Positions 38,590 through 48,341 of a DNA stretch of 64,000 nucleotides are shown here, one piece after another. The position numbers and the translations under genes were made by a program. Source of the DNA: Flavobacteriales bacterium (lineage in GTDB: Bacteria > Bacteroidota > Bacteroidia > UBA10329); the NCBI GenBank assembly GCA_018402015.1, contig JAGYJL010000008.1, positions 13,762 through 77,761 on the forward strand, written 5' to 3'. Within the stretch, counting starts at the first letter, position 1, and every line of letters starts with the position of its first letter. The notes under the pieces were generated by a model. It did no database searches, was not told the origin of the DNA, and was given only the letters and a program-made list of their open reading frames with translations.

Positions 38590-39612
38590 ATGCTTAAAAA
38601 CGACCTTTTATTACGCGCAGCGCGAGGAGAAAAAGTAGAACGAACTCCAGTTTGGCTCATGCGTCAAGCAGGAAGAATTCTTCCAGAATACAGAGAAGTG
38701 CGTGCTAAAATGGGCGGTTTCAAAGAGTTGGTTGAAAACCCCGAATTTGCGTGCGAGGTAACAATTCAACCAGTTGACCATTTAGGTGTTGATGCCGCAA
38801 TCATTTTCTCAGATATATTGGTCATTCCCGAAGCTATGGGATTGCCGTATCAGATGGTAGAGAAGAGAGGACCATGGTTTGAGAATACTATCCGATCTGC
38901 TGCAGATGTTGAAAGAATGGTAGTGGCCGAAGCAGAAGGTGTTCGGTATACTATAGACGCTATTGCCATGACCAAAAAGGAATTGGCAGGACGTGTTCCT
39001 TTGATTGGTTTTGCAGGTGCACCTTGGACTATCTTTTCTTATATGATCGAAGGAAGTGGTTCGAAGACGTTCTCAAAAGCGAAGAAGTTTCTCTATACCG
39101 AGCCTGTTCTGGCTCATAAACTACTTGAGAAAATTACCCTCAGTACGATCAATTATCTTAAAGGGCAAATTGAGGCAGGCGCTGATATTGTTCAGATATT
39201 CGATAGCTGGGCAGGAATTCTTAGTCCAGAACAATACAAGGAATTTGCATTGCCATATATCGCTCGTATTTGCGATGCAATTGATGATGTTCCAGTAACG
39301 GTTTTCGCCAAGGGAGCATACTTCATTCGTAAAGAGTTGGGCGAATTGAATTGCCAAACAATAGGCCTTGACTGGAACATGGATATTAGCGAAAGTCGTT
39401 CGTTGATTGGTCCATCCAAAACACTTCAAGGTAACCTTGATCCTTGCGTGCTATATGCTGAAGACGATGTAATTGTCTCAAAGACAATTGAAATGCTGCA
39501 AGCTTTTGGACCTGACCGTCACATCGCCAACCTTGGCCACGGAGTTTATCCAGATATCGATCCTAGAAAAGTGAAGTTGATGGTGGACACCGTGAAGAGC
39601 TATCGGTTCTAG
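38590..39612 (+). CDS. hemE: Uroporphyrinogen decarboxylase
   Basis: 340 aa. Signature [15 protein letters not shown], plus [12 protein letters not shown] and the rest of the URO-D fold. Confidence 0.95.
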   Translation: MLKNDLLLRAARGEKVERTPVWLMRQAGRILPEYREVRAKMGGFKELVENPEFACEVTIQPVDHLGVDAAIIFSDILVIPEAMGLPYQMVEKRGPWFENTIRSAADVERMVVAEAEGVRYTIDAIAMTKKELAGRVPLIGFAGAPWTIFSYMIEGSGSKTFSKAKKFLYTEPVLAHKLLEKITLSTINYLKGQIEAGADIVQIFDSWAGILSPEQYKEFALPYIARICDAIDDVPVTVFAKGAYFIRKELGELNCQTIGLDWNMDISESRSLIGPSKTLQGNLDPCVLYAEDDVIVSKTIEMLQAFGPDRHIANLGHGVYPDIDPRKVKLMVDTVKSYRF

Positions 39613-39671
39613 GTGTTGAAACCTTCTTTTTTGAGGCTGTAAGTTGAGTTAATTCTTGACTAAATTCGATT

Positions 39672-40832
39672 ATGCCTTTTCCATCAATCATCCAGGTATT
39701 AATCATGTTGGGGTTTCCGATCATCGTTATCGAGATTGTGAAGCGCAACAAACTTGCTGGCATGGTTGGCCCCGTCATTCTGTGTTATGGAGTTGGTCTT
39801 GTTGTTGGAAACTTACCCGATTCTCCTGTTAACACACAGCTGAGCCAAACCGTTGCCGAGGCCATGGTCCCACTTGCCATTTCGCTCATGTTACTTTCTA
39901 CGCGATTTATGGCATGGCTTAAATATGCAAAGCAAACTGCCAAATCGTTTGCTTTGGCGGTAATTGCTGTGCTTGTTTCTTCGTTTGCGGTTTCAGCATA
40001 TTTCCACTTGCAGGAAATGGGTGTAGATGACGTTTGGAAGTTGAGCGGAATGATGGTGGGAGTTTACACCGGGGGAACGCCCAACTTGGCTGCTATTGGT
40101 ACAGCCTTGGGTATTTCCAATGAGGTTTTCATAGTTCTTAATGCATGCGATCTAATGTTGAGCGCGCTGTATTTGATTCTTCTATTATCTGTAGCTCAGA
40201 AAATGGCACTTAAGTTCTTGCCATCTTTTGTTCCGAAAGAAAAGCACGATAGAGACGAGACTTTCCACTATCAGCGAGTAGAGCGAATGGCATCTGCCAA
40301 GACCTTGGCACGTGCTTGGTCTCTTGCTTTCTTGCTTTCTACAGGGATTCTTGGAGCAAGCATCGGTTTTTCAATTCTTATCGATGGAAAAATCACAGCT
40401 CCTTCGGTTATTCTGGCTGTCACTACCTTAAGTATAGCAGCATCTTTCGTAAAGAAGATCAGGTTTCTCCCTCGAACTTATGAGTTTGGCGAATATTTCC
40501 TTTTAGTATTCTGCATGGGTATTGGTTCAATTTCCAATTATACCGAAATGTTGCAAGCAAGCCCGAATGTGCTGCTTTATGTGACGTGTGTTTTTGTTGG
40601 AACACTGGCCATTCACTTCCTGTTGTCGTGGATGTTTAGAATTGATGCAGATACAACGCTTATCACCTCAGTTGCAGGCATTTTTGGGCCAGCGTTTATT
40701 GGTCCTGTGGCAAGCGTACTTAAAAACAAGGATATTGTGGTAAGTGGACTTACAACAGGACTGGTTGGCTATGCAATTGCTAATTATTTAGGGTTAGGAA
40801 TGGCGCAAGTGTTCCACGTCATGTTTCCCTAA
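39672..40832 (+). CDS. Polytopic membrane protein, DUF819/YjcL-like putative transporter
   Basis: 386 aa with about 10 or more hydrophobic helices. The VYTGGTPNLAAIG block resembles the DUF819 family from memory. Confidence 0.6.
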   Translation: MPFPSIIQVLIMLGFPIIVIEIVKRNKLAGMVGPVILCYGVGLVVGNLPDSPVNTQLSQTVAEAMVPLAISLMLLSTRFMAWLKYAKQTAKSFALAVIAVLVSSFAVSAYFHLQEMGVDDVWKLSGMMVGVYTGGTPNLAAIGTALGISNEVFIVLNACDLMLSALYLILLLSVAQKMALKFLPSFVPKEKHDRDETFHYQRVERMASAKTLARAWSLAFLLSTGILGASIGFSILIDGKITAPSVILAVTTLSIAASFVKKIRFLPRTYEFGEYFLLVFCMGIGSISNYTEMLQASPNVLLYVTCVFVGTLAIHFLLSWMFRIDADTTLITSVAGIFGPAFIGPVASVLKNKDIVVSGLTTGLVGYAIANYLGLGMAQVFHVMFP

Positions 40833-40841
40833 ATTTGCCTC

Positions 40842-42096
40842 ATGAGTCAAGAACAAACCTTTGATATCTGCATCGTTGGTGGCGGAATTGTTGGAGCTGC
40901 TACAGCCTATAGTTTTCAGCAGGCTTATCCCGAACTGAAAGTTCTTCTCATTGAGAAGGAAAACCACCCGGCACCACACCAAACAGGGCATAATTCAGGT
41001 GTGATCCATTCCGGTATCTACTACAAACCAGGTTCGTACAAGGCCAAGAATTGCGTAAAAGGAAAAGATCAACTCATTGCCTTTGCTAAGGAGCATGGTG
41101 TAAACCATGATGTGTGCGGAAAGGTGATCGTTGCTACGGATGAAAGTGAGTTTCCGCATATGGAAAAGGTTTTTAGCAATGGTATTGCTAATGGCTTAAC
41201 GGACATTCGCTGGATCAATACCAATGAGATAAAGGAAATTGAGCCACATTGTACGGGAATTAAAGGCATTTGGGTGCCCTACACTGGTATTATCGATTTT
41301 GTGGGAGCAACAGCCAAAATGCTGGAGTTAACACAGGCATTGAACCCAGAAGGTAAGGGTTGTTTTTGGAGAAGAGGTCTGTTCACGCAGAGGAATCAGG
41401 AGTAAAGAATATTAGAACGGATAAGGCCAATTACAAAGCCAAGTACATGGTTTTCTGTGGCGGATTGCAATCGGACAGGTTGGCCAAGAAGGATGGCAAA
41501 ACTTAGGACATGTCCATAGTTGGTTTCCGTGGGAGATTATTAGTATGAGTTGACAGAGGCGGCCAAACACGCTGGGTCCGGGTAACTTACTTATCCAGTT
41601 CCAAACCCCGGGAGTTTCCTTTCTTTAGGCGTGCATTTTACCCGTATGACAGACGGAAGTGTGGGAGGTGGCCTCGAATGCGGTCTTCACCTTAAACGTG
41701 AAGGTTACGGAAAGACTGATTTCAACTTGCGAGATACGGAAGCACTTTCCTTCAGAGGAACATGGAATCTGCTCTTCAATCATTTTGGGTTTGCTTATAA
41801 TGAATACAGAAGAGTTGCTTTTCTTAAATGTCTTTGTTCCTAAAATCGTTTGGCTATAAAGATTGACTCTGCATCTAACAATGGAAGATCTTCAGCCTGG
41901 AAGGGCAGGAGTGAGGGCCATGGCCCTGGGCCTTGATGGCGAAACAATTGATGATTTTAGAATTGAACAGAAAGGCAATTCCTTACACGTGCTGAATGCA
42001 CCTAGTCCAGCGGCTACGGCCAGTTTGGCAATTGGAGATCAAATAAGGGAAATGGCAGAAGAGCGCTTTACGCTTCAAGACAAGATCAATCAGTGA
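40842..42096 (+). pseudogene. lhgO: L-2-hydroxyglutarate oxidase/dehydrogenase (LhgO-like FAD oxidoreductase), middle third scrambled by many indels
   Basis: The N-terminal ORF 40842-41405 has the FAD motif ICIVGGGIVGAATA and HQTGHNSGVIHSGIYYKPGS. The C-terminal ORF 41863-42096 has GRAGVRAMAL...LHVLNAPSPAATASLAIG. Between ~41380 and 41860, homologous pieces ([31 protein letters not shown]) can be read only with many frame changes. Confidence 0.8.
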
Positions 42097-42637
42097 TCCG
42101 ATACTTCTCTGTAAACGTATCCCACTTGATGATGAACTGATCCATGATCTCATCAATGTTTTTCAGCAGAATTGGGTCTGGTGCATTCAAGTTTCTGAAA
42201 TAGTCTTTCTGAAATTCATTTAGACCATACTTATGAAACACCGCTCGGCTCATAGCGTAATGGGTGTTCTTTGAAGGATAATTGATCTTCTTGAAATATG
42301 CCAATGTGTTTTCTATGGCAGATCGCATGGTTACGGTATCAACACCATAAACAGCAGCCAGTTTGGCAACCGTAAGTTCCTTTATTCTATCTTCCTGACC
42401 TTCATGAAAATACTCATCAAGCAGATGAAAATTACCTGCAAGTACGATCATTAGAAAATCATCTTGGTTTTCGGGGTCAACCGTTGCCCGAGCAATAAGA
42501 TTAAGATCGTTGTTAAGTAGCTCTGCCACTTCGCCAAAACTTGTGTCTACTGCGTTGAAAACGATGTTGACGAACAGATCGGCTACCTTTTCTTCTTCTA
42601 CTTTCTTCTTGAAAATGGAGGTGATGCCAAATGCCAT
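42086..42637 (-). CDS. Hypothetical cytoplasmic protein
   Basis: 183-aa ORF with no recognised motif. Its 3' end overlaps the lhgO 3' end by 11 nt (convergent). Confidence 0.6.
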   Translation of the reverse strand: MAFGITSIFKKKVEEEKVADLFVNIVFNAVDTSFGEVAELLNNDLNLIARATVDPENQDDFLMIVLAGNFHLLDEYFHEGQEDRIKELTVAKLAAVYGVDTVTMRSAIENTLAYFKKINYPSKNTHYAMSRAVFHKYGLNEFQKDYFRNLNAPDPILLKNIDEIMDQFIIKWDTFTEKYRITD

Positions 42638-42735
42638 CTAAAATCTTTAACTGGGTTCAAACAAAGTTATGCTGACGTTAAGCGGGATCAAAGCAAGTTG
42701 AACGGCACTTGTTAACAGCGTTTTCCACATTCTTG

Positions 42736-42767
42736 CAAAAAAGAAGCCCCACTTTCGTAGGGCTTCC
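42736..42767 (-). terminator. Rho-independent terminator (minus strand)
   Basis: The minus strand reads gaagccc-tacgaaagtg-gggcttc followed by tttttt (plus-strand A-run 42737-42742). Confidence 0.75.
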
Positions 42768-42920
42768 AACCGATGGTGCATGATAACTCGATCAACCAAT
42801 AAACCAAGTAAAACGACCAGCATTTGCGTATCACAACCTCATCGGTGCTAGTAAAACCTACACCTGTCGGTGTTTGTTCACTAGAAACGCAGCAGATCTG
42901 GTTTATTGTAAGGAGGACAA
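42768..42920 (-). ncRNA. Candidate structured small RNA or cis-regulatory leader, bounded by two terminators
   Basis: No ORF. On the minus strand there is a long interrupted hairpin cuagu-gaac-aa-acacc-gaca-ggugu-ag-guuu-u-acuag. A closing helix accgaug...caucggu spans ~75 nt. The terminator at 42736-42767 follows. No family recognised. Confidence 0.25.
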
Positions 42921-42952
42921 CAAAAAAGCCGCTGAAATCTCAGCGGCTTTTC
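42921..42952 (-). terminator. Terminator of the esterase gene (bidirectional shape)
   Basis: aagccgctga (42926-35) / tcagcggctt (42940-49), flanked by an A-run on one side and a T-run on the other. Confidence 0.8.
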
Positions 42953-42972
42953 AAATTCAATACGGGTTAAGC

Positions 42973-44199
42973 TTATTCTTTAATGAATCGCGCAGTACCG
43001 ATTGTTGCGCCTTGGAACTTAAGTACGTAAGCGCCTCTTGGAAGTGAAGAAACATCAACCTGATTCTGACCCAATCCTGCAGTTACGATCATTACAACTC
43101 GACCAGTTGCATCAATGATCTCTGCAGTACCAACTTCATCTGTTCTGAATTTAAGAACATCGGTAGTCGGGTTAGGATAAACACCAATTGTTCTTAACTC
43201 GGTTTCGCCAATTCCTACAAACTGTGTTTCTGCACAGTTGGAAGGGTTTCCGCAAACAAGGTTTCCAAGGAAATCGGTAACCGCAGCTTTGACATCGGCA
43301 TTGAATCCTCCTTGAAGGTATCCAACGTGATTCTGTACTCCGGCAAATGTGTAAAGGCAGTTGCTGATACCTACGTTTCGTGCTCTTGCATGTACATCGC
43401 GGCTTCCACTGGCAACCAAACCGGTTGGAATACCTGAAACTGCAACTTCTGTTGTATTGTAAGGTACCGTGTTGTCCAATTCCTCGTGTACACTGATAAT
43501 TGGAACATCACCTTGATTGATCCAGCTGGAATCTCCGATAGCACCGCTGTAGCTCAATACCCCTAGTACAGAGCTTGAATAACCTGGCGTACCGCTGTTT
43601 CCTTCAACGCCTCCAAGACCAGCTGTGTCGTTTTCCATGTAAGATGGAACTTCCGAAAGTTCATCCAAATAAGCTGCGTGAATTGCACCGATAGCACCCG
43701 CTGAGATTCCACCAACAATGATTCGCTCAGGGTCAATTCCGTAAGGGTTTCCGTCTTCTGCAACGGTTTTCTTCAAATAACGGACACAGGCTTTCATATC
43801 ATGTGCTGCACGAAGTACTGCCAACGTAGTTGTTACTTCGCTTGGGAAGAAAAGACCAACACGATAATCAGGAGCAATAGCAACGTAGCCCATCTTGGCA
43901 AAGTACTGACATTGGCTTGCAACATCTGCGCGTGATCCAGCAATGAACGAGCCACCGAACTGAACAATCACAACTGCTCTACCTGTCTCAGAATCGCCAG
44001 CTGGTTCGTACACATCCATTTTTAGGTCTGTTGGTCCGCCACCAACAGCGTTGTTGCTGCCGAATGTTACTGCGCTGGTAACATCAACAGAACTGAACAG
44101 GTTTTCGGTAACGTACCTACCTGCGGTACAATCTGTCTGGGCAGAAACGTAACCGAAGGAGAAAAATGCCCAAAGGCAAAGAGTAAAGATTTGTTTCAT
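42973..44199 (-). CDS. Secreted alpha/beta-hydrolase (carboxylesterase-like) with a T9SS C-terminal sorting domain
   Basis: 408 aa. Signal peptide MKQIFTLCLWAFFSFGYVSA and nucleophile elbow GGISAGA. The C-terminal ~80 aa (IGVYPNPTTDVLKF...LPRGAYVLKFQGATIGTARFIKE) looks like the Por/T9SS secretion tail. Confidence 0.85.
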   Translation of the reverse strand: MKQIFTLCLWAFFSFGYVSAQTDCTAGRYVTENLFSSVDVTSAVTFGSNNAVGGGPTDLKMDVYEPAGDSETGRAVVIVQFGGSFIAGSRADVASQCQYFAKMGYVAIAPDYRVGLFFPSEVTTTLAVLRAAHDMKACVRYLKKTVAEDGNPYGIDPERIIVGGISAGAIGAIHAAYLDELSEVPSYMENDTAGLGGVEGNSGTPGYSSSVLGVLSYSGAIGDSSWINQGDVPIISVHEELDNTVPYNTTEVAVSGIPTGLVASGSRDVHARARNVGISNCLYTFAGVQNHVGYLQGGFNADVKAAVTDFLGNLVCGNPSNCAETQFVGIGETELRTIGVYPNPTTDVLKFRTDEVGTAEIIDATGRVVMIVTAGLGQNQVDVSSLPRGAYVLKFQGATIGTARFIKE

Positions 44200-44239
44200 G
44201 ATAAAGTTTTGATTTTAAAGTGCGTTAAAGATAATTTAA

Positions 44240-45391
44240 TCATGTAGTAATGGCATGTACGCCATCAGACGTATTGCAAGGGTATACAGAAGGAGCAAAT
44301 CCGAATCTATTTTCGTAAGAGGTGATTAGTTTTTTGGATACAGTTTCAGCAGAATCGGCTTCTACTAAAGCAATGCAACAGCCTCCAAATCCTGCGCCTG
44401 TCATTCGTGCTCCGATGCAAAACTCTAGAGCTTGCAATTCTGCAACAATGAAATCCAACTCATCGCATGAGACCTGAAAATCATCTTTTAACGATGCATG
44501 TGATGCATTAAGAAGTCGCCCTAACTCTATTAAATCATTCTTTTTCAAGGCTTGCACCGATTTCTTCACTCTTTCATGTTCTGTGATGGCGTGCCGCGCC
44601 CGTTTTCGGATTGTTTCGTCTTCAATTAAATAAAGTGATGCAATATCTCCACTAACCAGGTCTGGTAATGACGGGTTGGAATGCTGTAGAATTCTAAGTG
44701 CTTCATCGCATTCGGCCCTGCGCTGATTATATGCGATGTGTGCTAATTGTCGAGGTTTATTGGAATTGATAATAAGCAGTTGATATGCGGTCAGATCCAA
44801 CGGGATAAGTTCGTTTTCGAGAGAATTGCAGTCGAGTAGAAGTGCGTGCCCCAACTTTCCGTTGGCAACAGCAAATTGATCCATTATACCACAATTCACA
44901 CCAATGAAGTTGTTCTCAATACGTTGGCAATCAATGGCCATCTGAATTCTGTTGCACGCTGAACCTGTCCACAATTCTGTGAACATGAAATAGCTCAGAA
45001 CCTCCAATGCAGCAGAAGATGAGAGGCCGGAAGATTTAGGTAGATCGCTATCGAAGAGAATGTTGACCCCGCTGAGAATGACACCTTTCGATTTCAGATG
45101 GTTTAGAACTCCGACAACAAAATCGGTCCAGTTTTCTTGTTTGGATTCAGGCAGATGATCAATGTCAAATTCAATCGTTTCGTCAAAATCGGTTGAATGA
45201 AGCCGAATGATCGGCTCGTTGGTTGCTTTAACCAACGCAGTAATTCCCATTGATATAGCCATGGGAAGCACCGAGCCACCAAGATAATCGATGTGTTCTC
45301 CGATCAGATTGACTCTACCTGGGCAGAAGTAGCGTTGCAGGTCAGTAGCATCTCCGAATAAAGTCTCAAATTTCAATGAAAGTGTGTCCAT
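44240..45391 (-). CDS. galK: Galactokinase
   Basis: 383 aa. Galactokinase signature GRVNLIGEHIDYLGG and GHMP motif SGLSSSAALE. Confidence 0.93.
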   Translation of the reverse strand: MDTLSLKFETLFGDATDLQRYFCPGRVNLIGEHIDYLGGSVLPMAISMGITALVKATNEPIIRLHSTDFDETIEFDIDHLPESKQENWTDFVVGVLNHLKSKGVILSGVNILFDSDLPKSSGLSSSAALEVLSYFMFTELWTGSACNRIQMAIDCQRIENNFIGVNCGIMDQFAVANGKLGHALLLDCNSLENELIPLDLTAYQLLIINSNKPRQLAHIAYNQRRAECDEALRILQHSNPSLPDLVSGDIASLYLIEDETIRKRARHAITEHERVKKSVQALKKNDLIELGRLLNASHASLKDDFQVSCDELDFIVAELQALEFCIGARMTGAGFGGCCIALVEADSAETVSKKLITSYENRFGFAPSVYPCNTSDGVHAITT

Positions 45392-45475
45392 AGGCCGAAA
45401 AATAGTCTTTGTTGATCTGAATAGATTACACGAATGGCTAACTTTACGTGTTGCCCAAAATCAAGAGTAGACATT

Positions 45476-45943
45476 ATGAGTAAGATAGATCGGTTATTAG
45501 GCGAATACAGAGAAAGCCATCAGAATGAGACAAATCAGCTCATTCATAACATTTTCGTTCCGCTTATCTTTCTTAGCGCCATAGGAATGCTTTGGGATGT
45601 AAAGTTGCCTGTTCATCTGGATTTTTTGGGTGGGGAACAATTAAACGTGTCCATGATTGTTGCTGTAGCTGTGTTTGCTTATTATCTGTCATTGTCTTTT
45701 GCCGTTTCAGTAGGTATCATGGTCGTAACCTTATCAGGAATGGCTGCATGCTATTTCTACAATGGACCGATCAGCATCTGGCTCATTTCATTGGTGATCT
45801 TTGTGCTTTCTTGGGCATTTCAATTTGTTGGGCACAAGATCGAAGGCAAGAAACCATCATTCTTTAAAGACCTCGAATTTTTCTTAGTTGGGCCAATGTG
45901 GGTCCTCACAAAATTTTACAATAAACTCGGAATAAAATATTGA
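45476..45943 (+). CDS. DUF962 (Mpo1/YGL010w-like) membrane protein
   Basis: MSKIDRLLGEYRESHQNETNQLIHNIFVPLI, followed by TM helices and FQFVGHKIEGKKPSF, typical of DUF962. The ORF is open to 45434. Confidence 0.7.
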   Translation: MSKIDRLLGEYRESHQNETNQLIHNIFVPLIFLSAIGMLWDVKLPVHLDFLGGEQLNVSMIVAVAVFAYYLSLSFAVSVGIMVVTLSGMAACYFYNGPISIWLISLVIFVLSWAFQFVGHKIEGKKPSFFKDLEFFLVGPMWVLTKFYNKLGIKY

Positions 45944-45944
45944 T

Positions 45945-47357
45945 ATGGAAGCAGTTCTCGAAAAGCCGGCAACCGGCACAGCTTATTCAGCAATTGTTCA
46001 AAAACAACGCGATTATTTCTGGACGCATGCCACTAAACCTGCTGCGTTCCGAAAAAAGCAATTGAACAAATTGAAGGCTGCTTTTGCAAAGCATGAAAGC
46101 AGTCTTTTAGCTGCGCTGAAAGCGGATCTGAATAAGCCTGCTCAGGAAGCTTTCACCACAGAAATTGGAATTACTGTTGCCGAGATTGAGCACTATCTAC
46201 GCCACTTGGATGATTGGATGGAGCCAGAGCGTGTTTCTACGCCTTTGTTCTTCCAGCCGGGAACTTCCATGATAATGCCAGAACCTTACGGGGTAACTTT
46301 GATCATCGCTCCTTGGAACTATCCTGTAAAGAATCTTTTTGGGCCTTTGTTAGGAGCCATTGCCGCTGGAAATACTGCAGTTGTAAAACCATCTGAGATT
46401 TCTCCAAACTGTAGCAAGGCAATTGCTGATCTGATAAAGGATACGTTCGACCCAGAATATATTGTAAGCATTGAAGGTGGCGTTCCTGAAACGACAGAGT
46501 TGTTGAAGGAGCGATTCGATTACCTCTTGTTTACCGGAGGTACCGAAATTGGCCGAATCGTTTATCAAGCAGCCGCAAAACACCTCACTCCTGTAACGTT
46601 AGAGTTGGGAGGGAAAAGCCCTTGCATTGTAGACACGAACATCAATATGGATGTGGCCGCCAAACGATTGGTTTGGGGGAAATTCCAAAATGCGGGTCAG
46701 ACGTGTATAGCACCTGATTACATCTACGTCAACAACAAGATCAAGGATAAATTTCTTGGACGGGTGAAGCATTACATCGGTGAATTTTTCGGTGATGCAG
46801 ATAAACCTTCTGATGATCTGGGACGAATCATTTCAGATCGCCATTTCCAGCGTGTGAGCAAAATGCTTACTGGAGATATTCTGGTGGGTGGTGTTACCGA
46901 TGCTTCTCAGCGCTACATTGCTCCAACCATTATTGATAACGTGACCAACGATCATCCAGCAATGCAGGAAGAAATTTTTGGTCCGGTCATGCCAGTTCTG
47001 GGATACGATAGTTTCGATGAGGTTATCAATCATATCAACGCAGGAGAACGCCCGTTGGCGATGTATCTGTTCAGCAACGATTCCAAACTTAAGAAGCGTC
47101 TGATGAATGAAACCTCTTCGGGAGCAATCTGCGTGAACGAAACAATGGTGCATGCTGGACAACCGAATCTTCCTTTCGGTGGAGTAGGGAACAGCGGTAT
47201 TGGAGCTTACAACGGTAAACTTGGTTTCGATACGTTCTCGCATCAAAAACCAGTTATGGTAAGGTCTTTCTTGGGCGATGTTGCTCAGAAATATCCGCCT
47301 TACACCAGTGGAAAATTGAGCTTTATCAAAATGGCTTCAAAGTTCTTGCTTCGCTAA
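45945..47357 (+). CDS. NAD(P)-dependent aldehyde dehydrogenase (class-3/fatty aldehyde type)
   Basis: 470 aa. Catalytic Glu motif LELGGKSP, catalytic Cys motif GQTCIAPDY, and EEIFGPV. Confidence 0.9.
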   Translation: MEAVLEKPATGTAYSAIVQKQRDYFWTHATKPAAFRKKQLNKLKAAFAKHESSLLAALKADLNKPAQEAFTTEIGITVAEIEHYLRHLDDWMEPERVSTPLFFQPGTSMIMPEPYGVTLIIAPWNYPVKNLFGPLLGAIAAGNTAVVKPSEISPNCSKAIADLIKDTFDPEYIVSIEGGVPETTELLKERFDYLLFTGGTEIGRIVYQAAAKHLTPVTLELGGKSPCIVDTNINMDVAAKRLVWGKFQNAGQTCIAPDYIYVNNKIKDKFLGRVKHYIGEFFGDADKPSDDLGRIISDRHFQRVSKMLTGDILVGGVTDASQRYIAPTIIDNVTNDHPAMQEEIFGPVMPVLGYDSFDEVINHINAGERPLAMYLFSNDSKLKKRLMNETSSGAICVNETMVHAGQPNLPFGGVGNSGIGAYNGKLGFDTFSHQKPVMVRSFLGDVAQKYPPYTSGKLSFIKMASKFLLR

Positions 47358-47360
47358 TCA

Positions 47361-48341
47361 GTGAATAGTGAACAGCGAATAGCGACCAGTAATCGGTTTG
47401 ACAGCTGTCGATTTGAGTGCTGGTCACTTCTTTTTTTCTTTTTTCTGTTCCCTCTTTTTTCTCTGGCTCAGGCGCCAGCTATCAAACATGTGATTGTAAT
47501 TGGTGTAGATGGCATGAGTCCTGATGGGATTCATAAGGCTGAAACACCTACCATCGATAGTATCCTTAAGGTAGCTGCTTACACATGGAAGTGCGAAGCC
47601 GTGCTGCCAACCAGCAGCAGCCCCAATTGGGCAAGTATGATCATGGGCGCAGGGCCAGATAAACATGGCGTTACCTCCAACGCGTGGCAACCGCACAAAC
47701 AGACCATTGAATTAGAGTGCCAAGGAACGAAAGGAAATGGCAAACCAAGTGGTATCTGGCCTACCGTTTTCGGAGAACTCAGAAGACAGAAACCCGATTC
47801 TAAAATGGCATGTTTTAACGACTGGTTGGCCTTCAATCGCTTGTTCGAAAAGGGTGTGGTGAACAGGCAGAGAGATGCCATTCTGCTACAGGCAGCATCT
47901 CATCATGGCTACAAGGGAATTACGCGGATGGCTTCCAATTATTTCAAGAAGAAGAAACCCGATTTCATGTTCGTGCATCTGGATCTGGTAGATCACGCAG
48001 GTCACCACGATGGGCACGGGACACCGCATTATTATGCGACAGTTTCTGAAGCCGACAGGATGATCAAGAAAATGGTGAATGCTGTAAAAGCCTCTGGCCA
48101 ATTGGAAAACACCGTTATACTTATTACAGCCGACCACGGAGGTATAGGACACGGGCATGGTGGCGATACACCCGAAGAGCGCTTCGTGCCATGGATTCTT
48201 ACCGGAACAGGCGTGGTAAATGGCGAATTACAAGTAGAAGTAAAGACTTACGATACAGCCGCCACCTTAGCCTATCTGCTTGGCATCAAAGCTCCAGATT
48301 GTTGGGTTGGGAAGCCTGTTCTGCAAGCTATTGCTCAATAA
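47361..48341 (+). CDS. Alkaline-phosphatase-superfamily nucleotide pyrophosphatase/phosphodiesterase
   Basis: 326 aa. VIVIGVDGMSPDG, nucleophile region PTSSSPNWASMIMG, HLDLVDHAGHHDGHG and ITADHGG. The start is GTG. The first 12 codons fall in a low-complexity hexamer-like tract (gtgaatagtgaacagcgaatagcgaccagtaatcgg). Confidence 0.8.
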   Translation: MNSEQRIATSNRFDSCRFECWSLLFFFFLFPLFSLAQAPAIKHVIVIGVDGMSPDGIHKAETPTIDSILKVAAYTWKCEAVLPTSSSPNWASMIMGAGPDKHGVTSNAWQPHKQTIELECQGTKGNGKPSGIWPTVFGELRRQKPDSKMACFNDWLAFNRLFEKGVVNRQRDAILLQAASHHGYKGITRMASNYFKKKKPDFMFVHLDLVDHAGHHDGHGTPHYYATVSEADRMIKKMVNAVKASGQLENTVILITADHGGIGHGHGGDTPEERFVPWILTGTGVVNGELQVEVKTYDTAATLAYLLGIKAPDCWVGKPVLQAIAQ

